Assembly (NCBI GenBank): GCA_029060025.1
Contig: JAIDUV010000027.1
Span: forward strand, 33,862-97,861
Source of the DNA: Clostridia bacterium
GTDB taxonomy: Bacteria > Bacillota > Clostridia > Christensenellales > UBA3700
Reading direction: 5' to 3'
DNA: 64,000 nucleotides
Shown here piece by piece: positions 33,324 to 42,953 of this stretch. The notes under the pieces are model-generated. The model searched no databases, was not told the DNA's origin, and saw only the letters and a list, made by a program, of their open reading frames with translations. Position 1 is the first letter of the stretch, and each line of letters opens with the position of its first letter. A program made the position numbers and the translations under genes.

Positions 33324-33821
33324 TTATTTAAGAAGTCCTTTTGAGGAAAGGAAATCCTTGACTTTTTGAGCGGCGTTCTCATATATAAAACTTGCGTCTG
33401 TCGCGTCGTCTGGGTATTTGTCAAGTTCGACAGTAGCGGTGGGGTCATCTGCCGCGCCGACCCATATATCAACAGAATCAGTTTCGTTTGCCTCGCCGTC
33501 TACGCCAAGAACAACCATTATGCCGTCGTCGTCAAATTCATTTATGAACACACTCATAGTTACTAATTTCATTACGTTGTCCCAATCATTTGTAACTCCG
33601 TTGCCGCAAATCTCGATTTCGTTTGTTCTCAACGCGATTTTCAAAGCCGATACAAACTTGTCTCCGGCAGAGTCTGCAAGTACGTCTTTTGCAAAATAGT
33701 CTTTTGCATTGAGTTTTTCGCCGTTAAGCGATTTTGATTGCAAAAATTCCGTCATAAGTTGGTCGGAAGTCATTTTTATTGGTTTGTCTTTTTTCTTAAA
33801 TAAATTTGAAAATAATCCCAT
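33324..33821 (-). CDS. Hypothetical protein, paralog of 33913-34404
   Basis: RBS GAGG; starts MGLFSNLFKKK; shares motifs with its neighbour. Confidence 0.75.
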   Translation of the reverse strand: MGLFSNLFKKKDKPIKMTSDQLMTEFLQSKSLNGEKLNAKDYFAKDVLADSAGDKFVSALKIALRTNEIEICGNGVTNDWDNVMKLVTMSVFINEFDDDGIMVVLGVDGEANETDSVDIWVGAADDPTATVELDKYPDDATDASFIYENAAQKVKDFLSSKGLLK

Positions 33822-33912
33822 ATTATACCTCTTAGAATTCATTGTAACATTATTATATTACGTTAATATTTTAACATAAGTTATTAAATCTGTCAATAAT
33901 AATTATTGATTA

Positions 33913-34404
33913 TCAAAAGGTAATGTTGATTGCACTTTTTTGTATCAACAACTCTTCTAGTTTTTCAGCAGCGTTTTCATAGATAAAATTTGCATTGTCA
34001 ACATATAGGGGATATCTGTCAAGTTGGATATCTATTGAGTCGTCATTATCTATTCGGACTTTCAACTTGTCGGGAATGTTTTCTTCGTCGCAAGTTACTC
34101 CTAAATATACAGATATCGATTTGCCACAAGTCTCAAAGGTAAAATGAAGCGCAACATATCTAAAGTCGTCTCTCCATTCAAAGTTGATTGAATTGTCGGT
34201 GCAAATATTGCCTATGTCTATTCTCTTATTAATGGCAGAAACAAACAGCGAGCACGCTTGGTTCTTGACCGCGTCTTCGGCAAACCAATCTTTTACCGTA
34301 ATAGTCTTTTTGTATATCTTCTTGTCCATAATGTAGCGCAATACTTGTAGTTGGTCAAAAGTAAAGGCTTTTTTATTAGTTGATTTCTTTTTAAATAATC
34401 CCAT
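33913..34404 (-). CDS. Hypothetical protein, paralog of 33324-33821
   Basis: RBS GAGG; starts MGLFKKK; C-terminal LDRYP...ANFIYENAAEK. Confidence 0.75.
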   Translation of the reverse strand: MGLFKKKSTNKKAFTFDQLQVLRYIMDKKIYKKTITVKDWFAEDAVKNQACSLFVSAINKRIDIGNICTDNSINFEWRDDFRYVALHFTFETCGKSISVYLGVTCDEENIPDKLKVRIDNDDSIDIQLDRYPLYVDNANFIYENAAEKLEELLIQKSAINITF

Positions 34405-34507
34405 TTTGTGCCTCTTTAAAATTATATCAAAAGCGCTTGTGATTGTCAATTTGGAAATTTGTAAATAACGCTTTATGATTTTTTGTCATTTATGTTATAA
34501 TACAAAT

Positions 34508-35344
34508 ATGGATTGGCAAAGACTAAACGGCGAAATATTATCCAAAGTAAGTAGGTATTTGACCTTTGCAGAGCGCGCTATTGATACTGCGCAGGTGGAC
34601 GAAGTTGCCTCCTGCGGAGTAAGTAGACACAGGGCGGTAGAATTGTTGTTTGCAAATTATCTTGATTTGGACGGGTTGGCTCAAAAATATTATTTGCCGT
34701 ATATGCTCAAGGGGCTTGACAAGAGGGAGTATCATAGCAACGAGTATTATTCAAATATATCATTTGATTACGCGTCAAATGGGGAGTGGGAACTCAAGAA
34801 AGATTTTTATGCGCCGTATGAAATATTTGTGCAAGATGATTTTGTGTATGATTTTCAAAAGGTATTACCTCAACTTGGTTATTTTGAAGAAGTATTTCAA
34901 TATCCTGCAGTATATCAGGACGGAAGACTTTGGATGAGCGTAACTCCCAATGAAATCAACACTATGAAAGAACCTATATCTAAAGCGCGCGGTAAGACGC
35001 TTACGTTTGGATTGGGACTAGGATATTTTGCATATATGTGCGCAATAAAAGAGAACGTGACGAGCGTCACTATCGTGGAAAAGGATAAGAGCGTCATTCA
35101 ACTTTTTGAGCAAAATATCTTACCTCAGTTTGTTTGCAAAGATAAGATAAGAATTATCTGTGACGACGCATTTGACTTTATTGAGAAAATGCGAGATGGC
35201 GAGTACGATTACGCTTTTGTCGATATTTATCACGACGCAGGAGATGGCGCGGAAACTTATAAAAGATTTAAGCAGAAGCGAAGCAAATTCAGCGCTACCA
35301 AGTTTGACTTTTGGATAGAAAAAACAATCAAGTATTATATCTAA
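34508..35344 (+). CDS. SAM-dependent methyltransferase / spermidine-synthase-like protein, probably leaderless
   Basis: WMSVTPNE, LTFGLGLGY, VTIVEKD, DAFDF, YDYAFVDIY. TG-T-TATAAT ends 6 nt before the ATG. Confidence 0.75.
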   Translation: MDWQRLNGEILSKVSRYLTFAERAIDTAQVDEVASCGVSRHRAVELLFANYLDLDGLAQKYYLPYMLKGLDKREYHSNEYYSNISFDYASNGEWELKKDFYAPYEIFVQDDFVYDFQKVLPQLGYFEEVFQYPAVYQDGRLWMSVTPNEINTMKEPISKARGKTLTFGLGLGYFAYMCAIKENVTSVTIVEKDKSVIQLFEQNILPQFVCKDKIRIICDDAFDFIEKMRDGEYDYAFVDIYHDAGDGAETYKRFKQKRSKFSATKFDFWIEKTIKYYI

Positions 35345-35353
35345 ATCTTATAT

Positions 35354-36589
35354 CTATTTGTTGGGCAAAAAATTCAATGCGCTCAACGGCAATTCGACTA
35401 TAAAGCGGGTGTATTCTCCCAATTGACTTTCGCATTTAATTTTGCCTTTGAGCGAATCCACGATGGATTTTGCAATACTCAAACCAAGACCGAAAGAATT
35501 GCCGGTGTCTTTATGAGAAGAATCAACCTTGTAAAATCTGTCGAATATATGATCGATTTTTTCTTGCGGTATTCCTTCGCCTGTATTTGTCAAAGTGATT
35601 ACAGCGTAGCGTCTCGTCTTTTGCAAATGCAATGTCATTTTACCTTTTTCGGGAGTATATTTGATTGCGTTGTCAAGCAATATTCCTACGAGTTTTTCTA
35701 TCTCGGCAGTGCTTGCCGAAACTTTGATATTCTCGTCGGCTGTGTAGTCAAGAGTAATTGATTTTTCATAACATATTGCTTCAAATGACAGTGTCATACC
35801 TTCGACTATGTCGTTGATTATCAAATCTTCTCGCTGGGTATTTATTTTGTTGGATTCATATTTTGTCAACTCCAGCATATCTAAAATCAAAGATTGCATT
35901 CTTCCAAGTTGATAGCCGGCAGATTCAAGCCATTTTCTGTTGTCGTCAACGGTGGAAGAAGGATCGCTTTGAATAAGTTCTAGATTGGTTCTGACGACTG
36001 TCAAAGGAGTTTTAAGTTCGTGCGATGCGTTGGCAATCAATTCTTGTTGACGTAAGAAAGACTGCTTTACAGGCTCAATAGCGTGCTTTGCAAAGTAGTA
36101 GTAAAATAAGAATATAATAAGCATACCGACGATACAAATACAAGTCAGCGTGATGCTCATAATATTAAGATAGTTGTATGATTTTGTATAATCTATTATC
36201 GTGTATTTTGTTGCATTCTTACCGCTTTCTTTGACGGTAGTAGCGATGAATTTATATCTTCTTCCGCTTTCGGTATTAAATGAGCCGCTCTCGACCTTTT
36301 TTCCTGTCACGTTTTTGACGACTGCCTGTATTTCTTCGCGCGTAAAGTAGTCGGGGGAGTAATACGTGGTCGGCTCGTGATTTTCCACTTCGACGACGTA
36401 GACGTAGTTGTCGCTTTGGAAGTAAGGTCCCGCGGCGGCTTTTAAAAGATCGTTTTCGATATCTGTCAAAGTCTGAACTCTCGATATGAGAAATACGAGA
36501 GAGCAGGCAAGTATTATAAACGCCCAGCCTATTGCCAATGGGACGTAAAAGAATTTTCGTTGAAGTTTTCTAAATACTTTGTCGTTCAT
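35354..36589 (-). CDS. Membrane sensor histidine kinase
   Basis: Two TMs; ASHELKTPL, LLDNAIKY, NTGEGI, FDRFYK, GLGLSIA. Confidence 0.95.
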   Translation of the reverse strand: MNDKVFRKLQRKFFYVPLAIGWAFIILACSLVFLISRVQTLTDIENDLLKAAAGPYFQSDNYVYVVEVENHEPTTYYSPDYFTREEIQAVVKNVTGKKVESGSFNTESGRRYKFIATTVKESGKNATKYTIIDYTKSYNYLNIMSITLTCICIVGMLIIFLFYYYFAKHAIEPVKQSFLRQQELIANASHELKTPLTVVRTNLELIQSDPSSTVDDNRKWLESAGYQLGRMQSLILDMLELTKYESNKINTQREDLIINDIVEGMTLSFEAICYEKSITLDYTADENIKVSASTAEIEKLVGILLDNAIKYTPEKGKMTLHLQKTRRYAVITLTNTGEGIPQEKIDHIFDRFYKVDSSHKDTGNSFGLGLSIAKSIVDSLKGKIKCESQLGEYTRFIVELPLSALNFLPNK

Positions 36590-37464
36590 CAATTTTTTGC
36601 GGCAAGTTGATAGCCTACGCCCCTTATTGAATTGATTGTAAAGGCAGCGTTGACGTAATTGAGTTTCTTCCGCAAGAAAGATATAAATACCTCAAGCGAG
36701 TTGGATTCAAAGTCGTTGTCAAATCCCCAAACTTTGTTGATAAGGGGCTCTTTTTCGGCAACGTGACGAGGTCTTTCAAAAAAATATCTCATTATATCAA
36801 ACTCTTTTTGAGAGAGTTTGACGCTCTTATTTTCGTTTTTGTTTATAAGTTGAAGCGTAGATAGGCTCAAAGATATAAATACCTCAAGCGAGTTGGATTC
36901 AAAGTCGTTGTCAAATCCCCAAACTTTGTTGATAAGGGGCTCTTTTTCGGCAACGTGACGAGGTCTTTCAAAAAAATATCTCATTATATCAAACTCTTTT
37001 TGAGAGAGTTTGACGCTCTTATTTTCGTTTTTGTTTATAAGTTGAAGCGTAGATAGGCTCAAAGACACGTTTTCATAGGTAATGAGGTTGTCGGGCGTAG
37101 CGTCAGTCTTTCTTCTCAAAAGCGCTCTAATACGCGCCAACAGTTCTGCAGTGGAGAAGGGCTTTGGCAAATAGTCGTCGGCGCCTAGGTCGAGACCTTT
37201 GACTTTGTTGTATTCTTGCGAGAGCGCCGTCAGCATAATTACAGGCGTGGTAATTCTTTTTTCGCGTACTTGACTCAACACTTCAAAGCCGCTCTTCTTG
37301 GGCATCATCACGTCAAGTATTATCAAATCAAAAATATTCGACAGCGCGAGTTGAAGTCCCGCTTCGCCGTCGTTTGCCACTTGCACCTCATATTTTTCCT
37401 TTTGCAAAACAGTACTCAATGCTTCGCAAAGGCTCATTGAATCTTCTACCAACAATATTCGCAT
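36589..37464 (-). CDS. OmpR-family response regulator with an internal 64-aa duplication
   Basis: LLVED, LDVMMP, LTA, KPF receiver; the wHTH segment is repeated twice; ends IRGVGY. Confidence 0.9.
   Translation of the reverse strand: MRILLVEDSMSLCEALSTVLQKEKYEVQVANDGEAGLQLALSNIFDLIILDVMMPKKSGFEVLSQVREKRITTPVIMLTALSQEYNKVKGLDLGADDYLPKPFSTAELLARIRALLRRKTDATPDNLITYENVSLSLSTLQLINKNENKSVKLSQKEFDIMRYFFERPRHVAEKEPLINKVWGFDNDFESNSLEVFISLSLSTLQLINKNENKSVKLSQKEFDIMRYFFERPRHVAEKEPLINKVWGFDNDFESNSLEVFISFLRKKLNYVNAAFTINSIRGVGYQLAAKN
36677..37065. repeat. Exact tandem duplication, 2 x 192 bp, in frame
   Basis: 36677-36868 is identical to 36869-37060, with AAAGA microhomology at 36677, 36869 and 37061. 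Confidence 0.95.
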
Positions 37465-37609
37465 AATTTCCTCCTATCCTATACAACCCAAAAACCGAGT
37501 ATCTTTATTATATAATATTATATTAAGATTTTCAATACTTTTAATGAAAACTATACAAAAAAACGGAAGTTGTTGACACTTCCGTTTTAAATATATTTTT
37601 AGTTGACGC

Positions 37610-40600
37610 TTAAGCGGCATTTTGCATTGAAGCAGAACCAATGCCTGACGTAAAACCGCTGTTGTTGACGTTGCCGCTGTTGATAGTGCCGTCATTTCCC
37701 AAGTCTGACGGAGATTTTGTCAGAGTGGCTTGACATTGCGAAGAGTCGGAATCTTTGTAATAGCCGTGTCCGATTGCTGTAATTATAATACGGTATCCGC
37801 CATTTTCTGCGATGCTGCTGTCATACTCAATGCCATAGAGTTCCTTCAAGTCGTCAAAGTTGATGCTGTATCCTACGCTTCCTTCCGTCAGAATAGACGT
37901 TCTGCCTATTTCGATGATCTTGCTGTCGTTGATTTGAAGTTCTACAAGATATTCGTATCCATTTTGCACGCCTTGCCAACTTGCGTGAATTGCCGCTGAT
38001 TTAGTCTCTTCGTTGCCGTCGTCTTCGCTTATCGTTGCGGTAATAGTATCTTCTTCGACAGCCGTGAGTTTTTGGGTCGTGGAGTGCGCAATCATTGAGA
38101 TAGGCGAGTCTTTTATATTTGGATTTTCAGTATTGATTGCCTTTACTCTCACAGAGTGATCGCCCACTTTGTTGACGTATTGCGTAATGTCCGCGTTGAA
38201 CTTGTTGCCGTCTTCATTAAGAGTGAGATTGGTAATCTCTTTGTTGTCAATGAATATCTTGTATGCGTTTGCGTTCGGTACTTTGGTAAACTCAAAGAAA
38301 GTCTTGGTAGTCTCGTCTTCGGTCTTTGTATATACGCGAAGTCCGGTAGGCATATTAAGCGTGATTATATAGTCGTATTTTACTGATATAGAATCGCCGT
38401 TGACATACATTGTCGTAGATCCGATTTCCTCAAAGTTCAAATCGTCGGAGTAGTTGCCTTCAGGAGTAACAGTGATTGTATAACTCTTGCCCGGTGTCGA
38501 AACGTATTGCGTTATATCAAATTCCGGATCGTCAGAGGTGTTCTTTTCCCAGCGCAGAACTACGTCGTTTTCAGCCACGCCGTCGCTTATCAAGAATTGG
38601 TACGACTTTGCATACTTCACTTTAGCGGCTTTGCAATATATTCTGTTTTCTCTCTCTTCGATAATTATATCTATTGGTTGAGCCAACTTTTCAACGTAGA
38701 TTACGTTTTCGCAACCTGTCATATTATGGGTAGCGTTGAGGTCTCTGAAGATTATCAAATTCTTGACGTTTTGATACGTCGGGCAGGTGTGACCTTCTTG
38801 CATTATGACTTGCTTACCGCCTATGACGGTATTTGAGATATTGCCTGCGACAGTGGCGGTAGAGTCGCTGTCAAGTTGCAAAGTAGCAACGGTGCTATCG
38901 CTCTTAACCGTCAAGTTGCTGCCAATCAAAGAAATAGTATTTGAAATTTTTACTCCGCTTTCTACGATAGTATTGGGGCAGTTCAAGACGTTGATTTGGC
39001 TTGTAGACTTAGCGTCTATTATATTGCCTGCAAATACTACTTTACTTGCGCTTATCTCTGCGTCGATTATGTTGGTTTCGCCGCCTTCAAAGTTGTAGAT
39101 CGTAAATGATTTTGCCGTTACTCTCAAGGTTTCGCAAGATACGTTTGCCAAAAGTACGATGTCCAAGTTGGGAGCGTTTATTTCAATCGCGCCTGCTTTG
39201 AGGTTGGACTTTTTATGAGTGACAAATTCTTTACCTTTTCTAGTACCAATATACAGCGTGCCTGATTTTTCTGACGTGATAGTAAGAGTTCCGGATACGC
39301 CCAACGTGTGTTTGTTGAGGTCAATGCTATATATATTGTTGTCGTCAAAAGTCAAGTTGTCGCAAGAGATGTTGTTGTCAAGCACGTAGAAATATTTGTC
39401 AAGACCGCCTTGTTTGCTTGCGACGAAATCGTCTGCGTTCTTGACGAAAATTCTCGGAGCGTGGAAGAATACTATAGGCAGTATTATTGCCAAGAGCACT
39501 CCCACGAGGCATACGCTTGCAACTATGGCAATTATGCCTTTTTTGCCCAACTTTTTCTTTTGTCCGACAGGTTGGTCTTTCTTTTCTTTTTTATCGGATT
39601 TATCTTTTTTCTTTTTATCTTTGCTATCTTCGCTGTCTTCTTTTTTGTCGGAAGAACCGTCTTGAGTTACTTCTTCTGCTTTGTCTGCTTGGTCAGCGTC
39701 ACTTGATTGCAAAATAATCTCTCCGTGCAAAAACTCTTCCATAAGTTCTTCACCTGTGGAGAAGAAGAGTCCTGCTTCTTTTGCGTTTTCTTCGCTATAT
39801 GGCGCGCCTACTGCGGGGCTTTGCTCTTCGCCTGCTTTGCGAGCGTAGATTACAAACGGCACAGGATCGCTTGTGTGAGTCTTAAGCGAGAGCGGAGTAG
39901 GATGGTCTGGGGCAATGAGTATCTTGTAGTCCTCATTCATAAGGTCAAGTTGTTCTTTTACGTACTTGACTACTATGCTGTCTATAAGTTCAATAGATTT
40001 GACCTTGTTGTCAGCGTCTCCTTGGTGTCCGCACTCGTCGGGAGCCTCCATATGGATATATACGTAGTCGTATCCCTCTTTAAGAGCCTCTATGGCAGCC
40101 TCGGCTTTTCCCTTGAAGTTGGTCTTGTACGTACCGGTTGCGCCGTCTACGTTGATGACTTTCATTTGCGCGCCTGTTCCGATACCCTTTATCAAGTCTA
40201 CTGCAGATATGACTGCGCCCTTGATGCCGTACTTTTCTTCAAATGGAGTGAGTTGAGGGCGTGTGCCTTCGCCCCAAAGCCAAATGCTATTGGCAGGCTT
40301 TAGACCTTGAGCAATACGCTTTTGGTTTACAGGATGATCTTTTAGCAAATTGTAAGAATCCGTCATTATATCCAAAAAGATATCACCGTACTCGCCCTTG
40401 GGAAGATACTGAGTGATTTTCTTGTCGGAAATATCGTGCGGAGGAGTGAAGTCTGTGCCAGTCTCGGCATTGTGCGCAACGAGACAGTGGCGGTAACTTA
40501 CGCCAGTGTAGAAATCAATATATTCGTCTCCGAGATTTTGTTGGAGATATTCTATGAGTTGTCTTGCTTCCTCGGTAGAAATTTCGCCTGCGGAATAATC

Positions 40601-40939
40601 AACCATAGTCTTGTCGGCGTAGTTCTCTTCGTCGGATAGCGTGACGAGATTGCATCTAATAGCCACGTCGGTGTCCTTGAGGTCAATGCCGATCGAGAGC
40701 GCTTCGAGTGGGGAGCGCCCCGTATAGTACTTGTCGGGAGCGTAACCCATCATAGAGAGGTTTGCCACGTCGCTACCCGGCTTCATACCGTCGGGTACTG
40801 TCTTGACAAGACCCAATTTGCCTCTTTTACACAAGTCGTCTATATTTGGCTTGTCTGCTACTTCAAGAGGTGTGCGACCTCCGAGAGCGTTTGAAGGGTA
40901 ATCGGCCCAGCCGTCGCCCAAAATTACCACATACTTCAT
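37610..40939 (-). CDS. apgM: Cofactor-independent phosphoglycerate mutase (ApgM family) fused to a TM helix and a large extracellular domain
   Basis: GDGWAD, PGSDVANL, HMEAPDECGHQGD and PDHPTP...TH in residues ~1-408, then a D/K/E linker, TM IIAIVASVCLVGVLLAIILPIVFF and ~620 aa beta-rich region. Confidence 0.85.
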   Translation of the reverse strand: MKYVVILGDGWADYPSNALGGRTPLEVADKPNIDDLCKRGKLGLVKTVPDGMKPGSDVANLSMMGYAPDKYYTGRSPLEALSIGIDLKDTDVAIRCNLVTLSDEENYADKTMVDYSAGEISTEEARQLIEYLQQNLGDEYIDFYTGVSYRHCLVAHNAETGTDFTPPHDISDKKITQYLPKGEYGDIFLDIMTDSYNLLKDHPVNQKRIAQGLKPANSIWLWGEGTRPQLTPFEEKYGIKGAVISAVDLIKGIGTGAQMKVINVDGATGTYKTNFKGKAEAAIEALKEGYDYVYIHMEAPDECGHQGDADNKVKSIELIDSIVVKYVKEQLDLMNEDYKILIAPDHPTPLSLKTHTSDPVPFVIYARKAGEEQSPAVGAPYSEENAKEAGLFFSTGEELMEEFLHGEIILQSSDADQADKAEEVTQDGSSDKKEDSEDSKDKKKKDKSDKKEKKDQPVGQKKKLGKKGIIAIVASVCLVGVLLAIILPIVFFHAPRIFVKNADDFVASKQGGLDKYFYVLDNNISCDNLTFDDNNIYSIDLNKHTLGVSGTLTITSEKSGTLYIGTRKGKEFVTHKKSNLKAGAIEINAPNLDIVLLANVSCETLRVTAKSFTIYNFEGGETNIIDAEISASKVVFAGNIIDAKSTSQINVLNCPNTIVESGVKISNTISLIGSNLTVKSDSTVATLQLDSDSTATVAGNISNTVIGGKQVIMQEGHTCPTYQNVKNLIIFRDLNATHNMTGCENVIYVEKLAQPIDIIIEERENRIYCKAAKVKYAKSYQFLISDGVAENDVVLRWEKNTSDDPEFDITQYVSTPGKSYTITVTPEGNYSDDLNFEEIGSTTMYVNGDSISVKYDYIITLNMPTGLRVYTKTEDETTKTFFEFTKVPNANAYKIFIDNKEITNLTLNEDGNKFNADITQYVNKVGDHSVRVKAINTENPNIKDSPISMIAHSTTQKLTAVEEDTITATISEDDGNEETKSAAIHASWQGVQNGYEYLVELQINDSKIIEIGRTSILTEGSVGYSINFDDLKELYGIEYDSSIAENGGYRIIITAIGHGYYKDSDSSQCQATLTKSPSDLGNDGTINSGNVNNSGFTSGIGSASMQNAA

Positions 40940-41074
40940 ATTTTCACCTATATAAGAATGCGTAACGCTACGCATAATTTATTCACAGTTTATTATATTA
41001 TATATAATATCCAATGTCAATTGTTTTATGACTAAGATTATTTAAAGTAACGGGGCGCGCTTTTTATAAAGATT

Positions 41075-41099
41075 AGACCTCTCGACTGCGCTCGAGGTG
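41075..41099. repeat. REP-like repeat family I, half copy
   Basis: agacctctcgactgcgctcgaggtg, similar to the other right halves. Confidence 0.6.
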
Positions 41100-41204
41100 T
41101 GATTGAAATTTATCACTTGATGTGACTTTTATATATTCATAATTAGTGTTACGTTTAAAATCTGTTTCACTTCCTAGTAATAAATTTGACGCAAAATAAA
41201 ATTA

Positions 41205-41232
41205 AAGACGGCTCATTTAAGAGCCGTCTTAG
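41205..41232 (-). terminator. Terminator after purF
   Basis: aagacggctc...gagccgtctt inverted repeat. Confidence 0.7.
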
Positions 41233-41236
41233 TATA

Positions 41237-42643
41237 TTATCCAAGGATGTTTTTGTCGTCTTTTTCACAAGGCACTTTGCAAGGATATTTGCCGGTAAAG
41301 CAACCTTTGCAGAATGTGACTTTTGAATCGGGAGCAATCTTGTCGACAGTCTTTACGTCGAGGAATGCAAGCGAGTCTGCGCCAATCTTTTGTCTCAACT
41401 CTTCCATAGTATAGTTGTTGCAAGCAAGATCCTTTCTCGACGGAATATCAGTACCGAAGAAGCAGGGGTAAATAAATGGTGGAGAAGATATTCTTACGTG
41501 CACTTCTTTCGCGCCCGACCTCTTGAGAAGTTTGATAATATTTGCCAAAGTAGTGCCTCTGACGATGGAGTCGTCGACCATAACAAGTCTTTTGCCTTCG
41601 ACGTTGCTCTTCAAAGTATTGAGTTTGAGCGCAACGCTGCGTTCTCTCATTGCTTGCGTAGGTTGAATAAAAGTTCTGCCTATATATCTGTTTTTGATAA
41701 GACCCACGCCGTAAGGAATACCGCTTTCGTGCGAATAGCCTATTGCTGCAGGAAGACCGCTGTCGGGTACGCCTATTACGAGATCTGCGTCGGCAGGAGC
41801 GATTTTTGCAAGCATTTTGCCAGCGTTCATTCTTGCTTCGTTGACGCCTTGACCGTCGATTACGCTGTCGGGTCTGGCGGTGTAGATATGCTCAAATATG
41901 CAAAGTCCGCCGCTGTGACCGCAATATTTCTCATTGGACTCTATGCCGTCTTCGGTGACGATTACTATTTCGCCCGGACGAACGTCTCTTTCAAAGGTTG
42001 CGCCTATCGTCTCAAACGCGCAACTTTCGCTTGCGAATATTACGTTGTCCTGCAGTTTTCCCATACACAGAGGACGTATTCCGTATTTATCTCTTACGGC
42101 AATGAGTTTTCTTGGGCTCATTATGAGAAGAGAGAATGCTCCTTGCAGCATAGGGAATACCTTTTCCACAGCCTCTTCGATGCTCTTTGATTTGAGTCTT
42201 TGAATGGCAATCAAATAGGATATAACTTCGCTATCGCTCGTAGTGTGGAAGATTGCGCCTTTAGCCTCAAGTTTGTCTCTCAATTCTTTTGCGTTGGTTA
42301 TATTTCCGTTATGCGAAACGGTGAGGTTGCCTTTTGCGTACTTTACGCTTATAGGTTGAGCGTTTTCCGGAGTATTGTTGCCCGTAGTTGAGTATCTCAC
42401 GTGTCCTATAGCAATTTCGCCTTGCAATTTTGCAAGAATAGAATCGTTGAAAACTTCGCTTACGAGACCCATATTTTTGACAAGGGTGATTTCTCTGTCG
42501 TTATTGACGGCAATACCTGCCGCCTCTTGACCTCTGTGTTGCAGCGCGAACAGTCCAAAGTAGACTTGTTGCGCAATGTTGCCAAGACGAGATTTATCGT
42601 ATATACCGAATACGCCGCACTCATCCTTGATATTTTCTGACAT
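41237..42643 (-). CDS. purF: Amidophosphoribosyltransferase
   Basis: Propeptide then ECGVFG, LQHRGQE, GHVRYST, CIFEHIY.ARPDS, VDDSIVRGTT, CKGCFTGKYP. Confidence 0.97.
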   Translation of the reverse strand: MSENIKDECGVFGIYDKSRLGNIAQQVYFGLFALQHRGQEAAGIAVNNDREITLVKNMGLVSEVFNDSILAKLQGEIAIGHVRYSTTGNNTPENAQPISVKYAKGNLTVSHNGNITNAKELRDKLEAKGAIFHTTSDSEVISYLIAIQRLKSKSIEEAVEKVFPMLQGAFSLLIMSPRKLIAVRDKYGIRPLCMGKLQDNVIFASESCAFETIGATFERDVRPGEIVIVTEDGIESNEKYCGHSGGLCIFEHIYTARPDSVIDGQGVNEARMNAGKMLAKIAPADADLVIGVPDSGLPAAIGYSHESGIPYGVGLIKNRYIGRTFIQPTQAMRERSVALKLNTLKSNVEGKRLVMVDDSIVRGTTLANIIKLLKRSGAKEVHVRISSPPFIYPCFFGTDIPSRKDLACNNYTMEELRQKIGADSLAFLDVKTVDKIAPDSKVTFCKGCFTGKYPCKVPCEKDDKNILG

Positions 42644-42890
42644 ATTGTACCTACCTTTTTTGATTTATTTCAAAATCAATTTTATTATAGCAAATTTCGC
42701 TTGCATAATCAAATACTTGATATAAAAAATTCTTGATTTTTTCAACAAATTTTGGGAATATTTTCGCGCGCACGCGTATACGCGAAAATATTATAGATAT
42801 TTATTATCAATATTCTTATCTTTGAGAGTGGAGAGGTTGCGGCGCTGTAAAAGACGCGTGTCTATTGCGCTTTTACGTGTTTGATTATGC

Positions 42891-42925
42891 AACAAGGACG
42901 AAGCCTTGCGGTCTTCGTCCCTGTT
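42891..42925 (-). terminator. Hairpin / probable terminator after GSIII
   Basis: Minus strand aacagggacgaag-accgcaagg-cttcgtccttgtt. Confidence 0.6.
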
Positions 42926-42953
42926 CTAATGTACAACCTTTATATCGTATTTA

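Noticed and set aside
35354-37464. This two-component kinase as activator of the ANTAR protein
   Set aside because: It has its own coupled OmpR regulator, and the ANTAR receiver lacks the phospho-acceptor Asp.
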